From the IMG/VR virus record IMGVR_UViG_3300046780_000148, positions 1-64,000 of that record: a DNA stretch of 64,000 bases, one strand, 5' to 3'. This DNA comes from a virus. Position 1 is the stretch's first letter; every line of letters begins with the position of its first letter. The notes under the pieces were generated by a model. The model saw nothing but the letters and a program-made list of their open reading frames with translations, searched no databases and was not told where the DNA came from. Positions 1-9,012 of this stretch are shown here, one piece after another. Both the position numbers and the translations under genes were made by a program.

Positions 1-260
1 GGGGTTGACTCCGGCTTTGCCGGAAGAGGCGGCTCTGCCGTCCACCCCGGAACGGGCGGCGCCCTTCCGTCGCCTGCAGGGAACCACAGGGCGATGGTCG
101 GATGCCTAGGCGGCCCCGGTTGAGACGGGGGATCTTGCTTACTCATGGACCTAACTACGTCGCTGAGTCGTCACTCAGCTATCGCGGAGTTCCCACTTCG
201 ATAGAGACGAAGCTGAATGGCTGAGCTGTCGCGGAGCTCCCACTTCGCTTAACTTACGTA
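1..260. repeat. Palindrome-dense left edge with 24-bp imperfect direct repeat
   Basis: GGGGTTGAC(1-9)/GTCCACCCC(40-48) encloses hairpins TCCGGC-TTT-GCCGGA and GGCGGC-TCT-GCCGTC; direct repeat AGCTRTCGCGGAGYTCCCACTTCG at 177-200 and 224-247. Confidence 0.7.
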
Positions 261-584
261 AGTTTTTCCCCGGCTAAAACTAGGCTAGTTATACCGCTGT
301 ATGAAGCATGATTTCAGCCGATTTGTGCTCGCTTATCTTAATTTAAGCGAACCGCCCTATAATACGGGGAGCAACGTAAAGAGATATAATATTATATACC
401 GATGGACACATGAGACAAACCTCTCTCTTTCAGTCTTAATACTATATATATAATAATCGGATATATATGTATAGAAGAAAAAAATAAGTTGCAGTAATTG
501 TGGAGAAATCCGAGAGGAAAACTTTGACCCCAGAGACAAACCTCTCCCGCGTACAACCGATATCAACGGATTCAGATTTGACCG

Positions 585-613
585 TTGATTTCTCTTAAAA
601 TAGCTAATATAAT
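585..613 (+). promoter_or_regulatory. sigma70/HrdB-type early promoter
   Basis: TTGATT-17-TATAAT, then AGGAGG RBS and ATG at 636. Confidence 0.75.
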
Positions 614-635
614 AGAAGTAGAAAAGGAGGTAGTC

Positions 636-1259
636 ATGGTCCAAATTTGGAACAATTTTAGCGTATGTCCTGCATGCGAAAGGCTGTGCGAACTCTCATC
701 GACTTCGAAGTGTCGACGATGCTCAAACATCTACCAGAACACACGTAATGCCCGGCGAAAGTCTGGCGGAGATCCTACAAAGTTCAATCAACTCATGAAA
801 GAGAGCGTAACTAGAATGTCTATGTACGGTAGCCTCGATATGTGTGGGTGGTGCGACGAGTATCTCCGAGGTACCAAGCGGGACTACGTTGGCCAGACAC
901 AAGTTTGTCCGTACTGCTTCGCTATGCACAAGCGGGGCCTGGAACTTACAGAAGACGCGCTGGATCTGCTTATCGATTCTATTCGTCACGAACGAGAGGT
1001 AGCTAAGCGGGGTCGCGAGAGCGCTGAGTTCCAGAAGCGTGAGCGAGAGCGTATGCTGGCGAAGACACCTGAACAGAGGGCTCGTGAGGACGAAGACGCG
1101 GACTCGTTCATGGCCGGATTCAACGGGTGGGACGACCCGAACTGGATTGCTCACAAAGCGGGCACGTTGTCTAAAGAGACCGAAGATCTTAAGGCAGCTC
1201 TCGGTATCACCGACGAGGAGTTTACGTTCGGCACACCTATGGGACCTCCTGTAAAGTAA
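636..1259 (+). CDS. Hypothetical protein with four CxxC motifs (putative Zn-binding)
   Basis: AGGAGG RBS; CPAC, CRRC, CGWC, CPYC. Confidence 0.75.
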   Translation: MVQIWNNFSVCPACERLCELSSTSKCRRCSNIYQNTRNARRKSGGDPTKFNQLMKESVTRMSMYGSLDMCGWCDEYLRGTKRDYVGQTQVCPYCFAMHKRGLELTEDALDLLIDSIRHEREVAKRGRESAEFQKRERERMLAKTPEQRAREDEDADSFMAGFNGWDDPNWIAHKAGTLSKETEDLKAALGITDEEFTFGTPMGPPVK

Positions 1260-1412
1260 CTAAAATCTTTCAACGCGGGAGTACAGACCTCCACCTTAGA
1301 AACTAGCTACCTTTTCTGCATGGGAACCCGAGTGTAAGCGTCGCGTCCTGTGGTGTTCTGATAAGAGAGATAGTTCCGCAAAAAATTTCCCGATTTTCCT
1401 TTGTGGCCACAC

Positions 1413-1441
1413 TAGATTTTCCATTTTTGCCTCTGTATAAT
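1413..1441 (+). promoter_or_regulatory. Early promoter
   Basis: TAGATT-17-TATAAT with extended TG and upstream A/T tracts; near-identical to 2983-3011. Confidence 0.75.
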
Positions 1442-1505
1442 AAAAATATCAATCAATCTATTTTCAAATCAAACTCAAAAACAGAAAAAACAGAGGGAGG
1501 CGAAA

Positions 1506-2054
1506 ATGAACGATTTAGAAGAACTAGTCAGAAACATTCTAAACAAGAATGTATCGGTAACAGTTCCGAAAATCGAGAAGCAGCAGAAACAGCCGAAAGA
1601 AGCAGAAACCGGCAGTGCTCCGTATCTGCACTCAAACAGCATTTCAAACGTAGCAACGTTCGTAAGCTACGAAGACGTTGAAATCGATCTAACGGAGAAG
1701 CTCAAGAAGTCTGACGTGGTCCTAGAAACCGATCTTGAGAGTCAAGTTCGTTTGATTCTGAGAAAAAAGACAGATCGGATTAATCTAACAGAAACGTCGG
1801 AGCCGAGCAAAAAAGCAGTAAGACAAGCTGTTTCGACACGTAAGATGACACCGACTAACCGCGTATTCAAGGGGATGCCGGGAGATAGTCGGAATGTAAT
1901 GGTTGATGCGATCAAAGCTATTGCAGCCGAGCACACCGGCTGTATTACGGCGGATCACGTTATTCACGACGTACCGATGAAATCCACAACAGCTCGCGGA
2001 GATGGGAACATTATCGCAGGTTACCAAGTAGTTACCGACGGACCGCATCGTTAG
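1506..2054 (+). CDS. Hypothetical early protein
   Basis: GGGAGG RBS, 182-aa ORF just after a promoter. Confidence 0.75.
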   Translation: MNDLEELVRNILNKNVSVTVPKIEKQQKQPKEAETGSAPYLHSNSISNVATFVSYEDVEIDLTEKLKKSDVVLETDLESQVRLILRKKTDRINLTETSEPSKKAVRQAVSTRKMTPTNRVFKGMPGDSRNVMVDAIKAIAAEHTGCITADHVIHDVPMKSTTARGDGNIIAGYQVVTDGPHR

Positions 2055-2136
2055 AGTAGTCGTTTTTACAGATTTAGAAAAAACCGTATCAAAGCTTTAA
2101 CTCCTTATTGACATTCATAGTTACGAATGAATTGAA

Positions 2137-2388
2137 ATGAAATGGAGTAAAACAGAGATGGCGAAGCAATCAGTAGTAAACGCGATTAAAGGTAAGAGTA
2201 AGGCGATGTACAAAACTGGCGGAGTGAGTCCGCAGACCCTGCGGGACATTCAGAAATTGTACAAAACGATTTCGATTGCGCCGGATGACAACGCACTCGA
2301 GCGCAAATACTTTCACGGCGGATACAAAGGCAAAGCATGTAAGACCTGCTTCACGAAGTTCTCCGTAAACGGAACTTGTAACTGCTAG
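2137..2388 (+). CDS. Small basic protein with C-terminal CxxC...CxC
   Basis: ORF track; CKTC...CNC; start may be 2158. Confidence 0.6.
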   Translation: MKWSKTEMAKQSVVNAIKGKSKAMYKTGGVSPQTLRDIQKLYKTISIAPDDNALERKYFHGGYKGKACKTCFTKFSVNGTCNC

Positions 2389-2423
2389 AGAGCTTGTAAC
2401 TGCTAATAGAAAGAGATGCGGCA

Positions 2424-2633
2424 ATGATGAATGAAAACGACATTCCCGAAGAGTTTCTTCGCGAGGTTGAAGCAGAGATCAACCGACAGAACCCGAACGA
2501 GCCCGAGGAGCTGAATCCTCGGGCAGTAGTAAAGTTGGCGTACTACTTGTACTACAACGAAATGAGTGCGGTAGAAGACGGAGTCCAAGCGTACTTCTTG
2601 TACGATCTGCTTAAGTTCACGGCATTCGTGTAG
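2424..2633 (+). CDS. Small acidic hypothetical protein
   Basis: ORF preceded by the GAGATGCG start-associated motif. Confidence 0.65.
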   Translation: MMNENDIPEEFLREVEAEINRQNPNEPEELNPRAVVKLAYYLYYNEMSAVEDGVQAYFLYDLLKFTAFV

Positions 2634-2726
2634 AGCTTGATTTGTACATAATTATTCCGTCTTTGGAACGTTATGTACATTTCAATCGACTATACAGTCG
2701 AGGACGTAAGAGAAGGAGATGCGACG

Positions 2727-2930
2727 ATGAACTATGACAACTGGCAAATGTCGTACATCAAGCGAGCGCTGAAAGAGGCGGGGCACGCAGAAGATGCGAA
2801 GCTGACGGGTGAGCAGATTCTAGCGGCGCTTGAAGCGTACGACGAGATCGAAGAGGTAACTCAGGCAGAGGCCGACGAACTCAGCGCGATCGTCATTGCG
2901 GGACTTGATGTAATGAGTCGGCAGAACTGA
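2727..2930 (+). CDS. Small acidic hypothetical protein
   Basis: AAGGAGATGCG RBS before ATG 2727. Confidence 0.65.
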   Translation: MNYDNWQMSYIKRALKEAGHAEDAKLTGEQILAALEAYDEIEEVTQAEADELSAIVIAGLDVMSRQN

Positions 2931-2982
2931 AGCAAATCGTCTTAGCGAAAACAGGAAATAAAATTTCCCGTTTTTCCCCCAC

Positions 2983-3011
2983 TAGATTTTCCAAGTTTTC
3001 CCATGTATAAT
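2983..3011 (+). promoter_or_regulatory. Early promoter
   Basis: TAGATT-17-TATAAT; shares CACTAGATTTTCCA and TGTATAATAAAAATATCAA with 1413-1441. Confidence 0.75.
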
Positions 3012-3065
3012 AAAAATATCAAACAAACTACTTTCATTTCAGTAGAAATTAACGGAAGGAAAAGG

Positions 3066-3482
3066 ATGCGACAGTTTACAAACGAGGAACTCGGGTGGAT
3101 TGAAACCGCCCTCTGCATGACTTCGGACGCCTATTTCGAGATGGCGAACGATCCTATGATGCAGGGGTCCGACGAAGACAAGCAGTCGGCAGCCGAGAGT
3201 ATTCCGATCGGCGAGGGTATGGAGCGGCTGTATCGTGAGTTGGAGATCAACCGCCTCATCCGCGAAGAGAAGTACGACCTGGTCTCGATCGAAATGGTCG
3301 AGCGGGTCGTACGAGACATGGTGTACGATCGTACGGGACCGACGCCGAACGAAGATGAGCTTCGCGCGATTCACGTAGTTGCAACGTACTTCTTCAATGA
3401 GGCGATCGAGCTCGTGAAGCGAGAGGTTCTGCGTCTGTTCGACTTCTCCTACGTCCGCATCGGAACAGGAGACATGCGGTGA
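3066..3482 (+). CDS. Hypothetical protein
   Basis: GGAAGGA RBS; stop overlaps next start (GTGA). Confidence 0.7.
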   Translation: MRQFTNEELGWIETALCMTSDAYFEMANDPMMQGSDEDKQSAAESIPIGEGMERLYRELEINRLIREEKYDLVSIEMVERVVRDMVYDRTGPTPNEDELRAIHVVATYFFNEAIELVKREVLRLFDFSYVRIGTGDMR

Positions 3483-3697
3483 ACTTTAACGAACGAGCCC
3501 TCGCTGCAACGGAGGTAATCAGCAAGCGAATCATCCAGTACTGGAACGATACAAACCAGTACAACGATGGGGTTGCTGAGACAACCGCGATGACGTTGGC
3601 GCGCTTCATGTGTGCGAGTGACTGCGACATCAACAAGATCGACGATGTTTCGCTCTACCACATGTACCTGCTCGTCGAGTTTCTAGACGTACAGTAA
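3479..3697 (+). CDS. Hypothetical protein
   Basis: AGGAG RBS; 4-bp overlap coupling. Confidence 0.65.
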   Translation: MNFNERALAATEVISKRIIQYWNDTNQYNDGVAETTAMTLARFMCASDCDINKIDDVSLYHMYLLVEFLDVQ

Positions 3698-3748
3698 CTG
3701 TTTGAGTCGTTCATCTGCAGAGATGTAGATGAGCGGCTCAAGCGGCTA
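3695..3748 (+). promoter_or_regulatory. Long intergenic RNA hairpin (RNase III-site-like)
   Basis: ~25-bp stem with G-U pairs on + strand, GAGA tetraloop; homologous to 4181-4233. Confidence 0.65.
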
Positions 3749-3784
3749 TTTGGCCGTGGGCGTAATAAACAGAAGGGCACCAAA

Positions 3785-4183
3785 ATGTTCGATATCGCCA
3801 AGCTTGCCGCCGCGTCCCAGACCGTCGAGGTCAGCGAGCTGATCGAGGTCGATGGGCACAGCGCGTACTCGATCGCCGGGATCGTCAACCAGGTGTTGAC
3901 CGCGCGTGGCTACTTCAACGGCGACCCCAAGCGGGTTCCGTTCGCCGGCCAGACGTTCTACGGTCTCGCGAACAAGGGTAAGATCAACGGCAAGAAGCAC
4001 GTCAAGGGCGAGACGACGCGTTACACGGACGAGGAGATCAGGGCCTTCGTTCCGAAGTTCGTCGCGCGTGTTCTCGCCGACGTTGGCATGCAGACGACGA
4101 CCCCGAAGCCGGAGATCGAGGTCGCGGATCGTCAGGCCGAAGCGGTTGAGGCTCCGAAGCCGAGTGCGCCGAAGCGTAACTAG
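3785..4183 (+). CDS. Hypothetical protein, possible winged-HTH DNA binder
   Basis: High-expression-like codon use; SAYSIA...GQTFY pattern shared with 18406 and 25615 ORFs. Confidence 0.7.
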   Translation: MFDIAKLAAASQTVEVSELIEVDGHSAYSIAGIVNQVLTARGYFNGDPKRVPFAGQTFYGLANKGKINGKKHVKGETTRYTDEEIRAFVPKFVARVLADVGMQTTTPKPEIEVADRQAEAVEAPKPSAPKRN

Positions 4184-4244
4184 TTGATCGAGTCGTTCAC
4201 CAGTAGAAATGCTGGTGGGCGGCTCAATCAGCTTGTTGCTGGTT
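4181..4244 (+). promoter_or_regulatory. Long intergenic RNA hairpin with alternative RBS-proximal hairpin
   Basis: GAAA-capped ~24-bp stem; 3' AATCAGC can also pair with downstream GCTGGTT. Confidence 0.65.
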
Positions 4245-4260
4245 AGATTGGAGATGCGAC

Positions 4261-4650
4261 ATGCACGGACTACCTGACAGCTTCGAGTACGCAGGAGAAA
4301 CGTACCCGAAGAAAGCTAGCAGCTGGAACACGCCGCTCGATCGGTTTGTGATCGAAGACAGTCTTCTCGAGGAACACCAGAGGGACCTCGAGGCTGACAT
4401 CGACGGCCTGAACGAGCGGCCCCGATGCGAATTGGACGTGATCGGCGGAGGCGTGTGTCAACGCCTTCTGCTGAACGTCGTGTACGGCGAAGATGGTCTC
4501 TTCGAAGACGGAACGTGTAACAACCCGAATCACACGCCCGACTACGACGATCTGCGCGAGCGCTTGCAAGCGGCGCCAGAGCCTGATGCAAAAGAAGAGC
4601 ACACCTGCATCACGAAAAAAGCCGATGGCTTCTGTTACGACGAGGACTAA
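4261..4650 (+). CDS. Hypothetical protein
   Basis: GGAGATGCGA RBS motif. Confidence 0.7.
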   Translation: MHGLPDSFEYAGETYPKKASSWNTPLDRFVIEDSLLEEHQRDLEADIDGLNERPRCELDVIGGGVCQRLLLNVVYGEDGLFEDGTCNNPNHTPDYDDLRERLQAAPEPDAKEEHTCITKKADGFCYDED

Positions 4651-4659
4651 GGAGAACTG

Positions 4660-5091
4660 ATGTACATTCCAGTTAACAAGTATCCTTGGAACGAACAGGA
4701 ACTCGAGCACAAGACGCTGACGTGCAAGAATCACCCGTCGGCGCGGTACCTCACGAAGCACGCGTACGCACGTAACTTGCACCTGATCGAGGTGCCAACG
4801 GACGAAGGCATCGAGCGCACGGATATTGGTGAGTGCACGTGTCCGTTCCTCGATATGGTCGTCGTTGTCAACTTCGCGTCGCTCGACAGCAATGCTAAGT
4901 GTGACTTGCTCGCGAAGATGTCGCTCGAGATGGCGTTCGAAGCCTTCTTCGAGGACCCTCAGGGTTGCCCCGTTGACGCGGATGGCTTGTCCGTTGCGGA
5001 TCTGTTCAACAACTTCCTGATGCACTACGAATGGCCCGGCGAGATCGAGTCATGGGATTGGTTGCGGGAGTTCGTCGAATCGCACGTGTAG
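4660..5091 (+). CDS. Hypothetical protein (CxxH...CxC)
   Basis: AAGGAG RBS. Confidence 0.7.
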   Translation: MYIPVNKYPWNEQELEHKTLTCKNHPSARYLTKHAYARNLHLIEVPTDEGIERTDIGECTCPFLDMVVVVNFASLDSNAKCDLLAKMSLEMAFEAFFEDPQGCPVDADGLSVADLFNNFLMHYEWPGEIESWDWLREFVESHV

Positions 5092-5166
5092 AGCTTGTAT
5101 CGCATATCTTCTGATTTTGGCAGATATGCGGTGCAATCGACATACGTCGGTTAGGATGGAGATGCG

Positions 5167-5673
5167 ATGAAACTGAAAAGGCGTACACCTCACTACGTCG
5201 CAATGCGAGTTGGTGAGATCGGCAAAGAGAAGTACGATGCGGTACTGAAGCGGGAAGAGATCGATACGATCTTCTTCTCACTGCTTGCGTATCGTGACCA
5301 GCTCGTCGACGATCTCGCAACGCACGGTAACGGTCGTGAGCACTTTGGTCTCGAAGACCAGGTGTTCCTCGGTCGTACGATTGCCGAGGTGACAAAGCTG
5401 GCACTCTACATCGCTAGCAAGCAAGAGCTTGATCACTCCGACTCTGTCGGCGACCGCTACAAGAAGCTCACGCGCGAAGAGCTGATTGCATCTCTCGACG
5501 AGAGGTCGCGCCCGCTTGAGGCATTCGGCGGCATGACTCCATCTGAGGTGATGGCGAACGTCGCCGTAGATCCGATCGGCACAGCGCAGATGCTTTCACA
5601 GGCACAAGTGAATGCGTTGCTCGTCGATGACGACTACGATGACGATGATAGTTGCTCGTGTGGGGAGAACTAA
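5167..5673 (+). CDS. Hypothetical protein
   Basis: GGAGATGCGATG start context. Confidence 0.7.
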   Translation: MKLKRRTPHYVAMRVGEIGKEKYDAVLKREEIDTIFFSLLAYRDQLVDDLATHGNGREHFGLEDQVFLGRTIAEVTKLALYIASKQELDHSDSVGDRYKKLTREELIASLDERSRPLEAFGGMTPSEVMANVAVDPIGTAQMLSQAQVNALLVDDDYDDDDSCSCGEN

Positions 5674-5752
5674 TGCAGTGGCCGTGTGTAGGATTCATCG
5701 TCTGCATCTTGATCATCGCATACGTCATCGGACGTGTGCGAGGTATTAAGAA

Positions 5753-5995
5753 GTGACCGCCCAAGTTGTGTGGCGTGACGATAGTACCGATACCGCCATG
5801 CTTCAGATGTCGATCTCGGACTTCATCCAGATCGGGTCAGCACTACTGACGACGAAGGGTCAGTACGAGAAAGGCGTCGCAGAAATTGATAATTGGCGTG
5901 CGGCCGAGGAACTCAAGGAAGCTGCCAAAGAGTACGCTGAAGCAGCACTTGCACATGTATGTAACCTACTTCAAGAGCTAGGAGTGCACCGATGA
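5753..5995 (+). CDS. Hypothetical protein
   Basis: GAGG RBS; ATGA overlap with next gene. Confidence 0.6.
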   Translation: MTAQVVWRDDSTDTAMLQMSISDFIQIGSALLTTKGQYEKGVAEIDNWRAAEELKEAAKEYAEAALAHVCNLLQELGVHR

Positions 5996-6321
5996 TGCCA
6001 TCAGACATCGATGACGGCTTCGATAAGACGGCCGGCGCAATCGGATCGTTCGAGTTCACGATCGTGTGTAAGGTGCATAGCTGCGTAGTCGTATCCGCAG
6101 ATGCATCGCCCAGCTTCGACACGGATCAGGGAATGAACTATACGTTCCTCAAGAACGACGAAGGCGCATGGGAGCTCGACAACGCAAACTTGTACTGCAC
6201 CGGCACGCCTGTCCTAGGCCATGGTGATCCCTTTCACCCGATCACGCACGAGTTCCTCACGTGTATCACAACGCGTCACGCCAACGGTGAGGTTCTATCC
6301 CGCACGTTGATCGTTAAGTAG
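5992..6321 (+). CDS. Cys-containing hypothetical protein (paralog family A)
   Basis: CxxH...WxxDxxx(L/M)xC shared with 6437 and 14091. Confidence 0.65.
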   Translation: MMPSDIDDGFDKTAGAIGSFEFTIVCKVHSCVVVSADASPSFDTDQGMNYTFLKNDEGAWELDNANLYCTGTPVLGHGDPFHPITHEFLTCITTRHANGEVLSRTLIVK

Positions 6322-6436
6322 TAACTGTCCGATTCGTACACATTGCCATCGCAGATCTCCACAGGACGGTTTGCGGCACAGTTGGAAATGTGTACGTTTC
6401 AATCAGCTACTCTGCTGGTTAGGTTGGAGATGTGAT

Positions 6437-6640
6437 ATGTTTAAGCTTCGTCCGGTGTGTATCGCCGATGGCGCAAAGCAGTTCGTGAACCTCACGGGAA
6501 CGCCGTTCCTCGACAATGGTGACAGTGACTCAAACGTTTGGTCGCCAGACCTCAGTGAGATGACGTGTCCGAAGCACATCGATCTCGAAGGTGGCTGCCA
6601 GGCAAGCTGGCGCATCTGGTTCGAGAACATCGGCGAGTAA
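6437..6640 (+). CDS. Cys-containing hypothetical protein (paralog family A)
   Basis: GGAGATG RBS; WSPDLSEMTC...CQASW. Confidence 0.65.
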   Translation: MFKLRPVCIADGAKQFVNLTGTPFLDNGDSDSNVWSPDLSEMTCPKHIDLEGGCQASWRIWFENIGE

Positions 6641-6712
6641 CCGTTCGGGTCATTCATATCCCCAGATATGATTGGCTCAATCAGCTACTCTGCTGGTTAG
6701 TTAGGAGATGCA

Positions 6713-6907
6713 ATGCCTAGGATCGACGTAACGGATGAGGAGCTGCTTTGCATTCGTAGGGCACTTCGTACGCAGAAGCGTACTCTGAACGAGATTCTGG
6801 AGATTACAGCTCCGAGTCCTCTAGCCCTATCGACGGAATCCTTCAGGATCCTGACGGGCGAGATCGCTATGTGCCAGAAACTGCTAGACGAACTCCAAGG
6901 AGAGTAA
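6713..6907 (+). CDS. Hypothetical protein
   Basis: AGGAGATGC RBS. Confidence 0.6.
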   Translation: MPRIDVTDEELLCIRRALRTQKRTLNEILEITAPSPLALSTESFRILTGEIAMCQKLLDELQGE

Positions 6908-6908
6908 G

Positions 6909-7328
6909 ATGCGACGCACAATCCTATCTGTTGCCGCCTCTGTGGTGCTCTGTGCCGCGTGGGCCGCGCCTGCGAACGCGACAGCAGTAACTAAGACGTC
7001 GGCGGGCTGGATGCAGTACTACCGCGTTCGGACGCCAACGGTGACGATCAACGAGATCTACTACTGCCGCAACACGGTGGCTGGCTCGATCAAGGAGCAG
7101 AACTGCGACGCGTGGGTGGAGAACTCAAACCTGCCCCGCTACAACATGAGCACGTGGCAGTTCGCCCTCTACACGAATTGCTACCAGGAGGGCTTCTCGA
7201 AGCACGACATGCGCGCCTGCACCAAGTGGACGTGGGACGACATGCACAGTACTGCGAAGCACACGCAGATCGACTGGGAGAACGGCAACTACAAGGTCGA
7301 TGGCACCTACTTCGCCTGGTGGAGCTAA
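6909..7328 (+). CDS. Putative secreted protein (paralog of 8602-9012)
   Basis: Signal peptide MRRTILSVAASVVLCAAWAAPANA; four conserved Cys. Confidence 0.75.
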   Translation: MRRTILSVAASVVLCAAWAAPANATAVTKTSAGWMQYYRVRTPTVTINEIYYCRNTVAGSIKEQNCDAWVENSNLPRYNMSTWQFALYTNCYQEGFSKHDMRACTKWTWDDMHSTAKHTQIDWENGNYKVDGTYFAWWS

Positions 7329-8521
7329 TGTTTGTATTAGCTACTGAGCCTCCGTCGATCGACGTGCCCTATATGCGTTGTACAGTATGTTGGGGTCTTG
7401 CCGAGACGATCGAAGATGTGCAGAACCACTACTTCGGCGAGAGTGTCATTAAAGGCGAACGCACCTGTAGTAGTGGTATGAACGATTGGCAGTTCGTTAC
7501 GTTCTCTGCCGAAGACATCGAAGACGGTGCCGCGTTCAACCACAAGCTCCGCGATCTTCGAGACGTTTGGACCGAAAGGGACCTTCAGAAAAGGGTTGAT
7601 GATGACGACTGAGCCCGCAGAGCAAGACACCCACGAGGACGAGAGCTACAGTCGCGGCAGCATGGAACTGATTGCGGCTATCGTTCAAAGCAACGTTGAT
7701 CAAGCAAGTCGTACGACCAACTTCTTGTTGGAGAATTTGCGGCAACAGCGTGACGACGCCATGATGAACTTCATCGAGATGTACGACACGTTGGCTATGA
7801 TTCCGGACAACATTCGATCAGTCGCCATCGATCGGCTATTGGGACTCAACGCATTCTCGTACGATCACTACAAGAGCACCTTGTCCCGAGAGGACGAGAA
7901 TGCGTCGTGACGTGTGGGACCGAGAAGTAGCTGCAGTAGAAAAGAGATTCACTCCTGCATTACAGTCGGTATGTGGTTCGGGGGGTGTCGACTCGTCTAT
8001 CGTACACGCACTCGCTACTTACACAGTAGCAATGTGGTGTTCACCGAACTATGCACAAGAGAATCCCAATTTCGATACTCTCTTGGTGCGGTACTATCAG
8101 GTTTATGTAACAAGGTTGGTATTCGATAGCTTTACGAGGAGATGAAGTGAATCACGGTAACGAGTTCCTGAAAGTCCTGTTCCACTACGCACCAACTGGA
8201 GATGCGCAAGAGAAGTGTGTGCAGCTCTTCCACGCCATCAGTGCTGCAGGCGAAGAAGATCGTAAGATCGACCTCGAGATGGCTGAGACCATCGCAACAG
8301 GTCTTCGTTACGGCAATTGGCCTTGGACGTCGTACAGCGACCTCCCGAAGACGAGCACGCAAAGCATCGAATGCCTCAATCCTCGGGGATACTTCGACGA
8401 AGTTGCAGGCGATAAAGTCGATCACGAAGGAGCGTTCTTGCCTCGAGAATGTGATCACATCAAAGAGGCGAACGGTGGATGCGAGTCCATCTCGTGCCCT
8501 AACTGGAGTGGTCAGCTCTAG
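7328..8521 (+). other. Run of four small coupled hypothetical genes (7328-7612, ~7602-7910, 7900-8145, 8147-8521)
   Basis: Tightly packed + strand ORFs with overlapping or adjacent stop/start. Confidence 0.6.
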
Positions 8522-8601
8522 GTTGTAGCGTTGGAGGGATTCATCAGTGTTTTACACAAACACTGGTGAGTCCTTCGATCCCTATAACAAGGAGGTGTAA
8601 A

Positions 8602-9012
8602 ATGAGTCTAGGGACTATTGCAAACATTTTGGCTGCGTTTGTTATGTCGACGCAGCCACATCACACGTCTGCACAGTGGACACACGAGTTTCATGACGAG
8701 TTCGCTTCAGGCATCTTGAACTCTGAGTGGTACTGCCGTAACGAGATTCCCAACACGTATGCAATGAGCGATTGTTGGGACCGTGAGGGTGATCTGAGTA
8801 TCCCCCGCGTGAACATTACAGACACGCAGTTTGCCATTCTTACGAACTGCTACGGGTTCGACTACACGCTTTCGCAGGACGAGATGCATGCCTGTGTCTC
8901 GTGGACGGAAGCCGATATGGCTTCGCCTGTCGAGCTCACGAACGATCAGTGGATGGATGGTGTGAATAACGTCATCTACCTGTGGGACCCACGGAATCCG
9001 GAGGACAAGTAA
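8602..9012 (+). CDS. Putative exported protein (paralog of 6909-7328)
   Basis: AAGGAGG RBS; short hydrophobic N-terminus; YCRN, PRxN, QFAxxTNCY, MxACxxWT motifs. Confidence 0.75.
   Translation: MSLGTIANILAAFVMSTQPHHTSAQWTHEFHDEFASGILNSEWYCRNEIPNTYAMSDCWDREGDLSIPRVNITDTQFAILTNCYGFDYTLSQDEMHACVSWTEADMASPVELTNDQWMDGVNNVIYLWDPRNPEDK

Noticed and set aside
2108-2136. TTGACA as a promoter -35
   Set aside because: No -10 at 16-18 bp spacing.
2375-2405. 13-bp tandem duplication CTTGTAACTGCTA and AGCTTG after several stop codons
   Set aside because: Too short and sporadic to assign a function.
4270-5025. Long antisense ORFs (also 22789-23493, 59053-59658, 53629-54138, 46511-46954)
   Set aside because: Shadows of well-supported opposite-strand genes.
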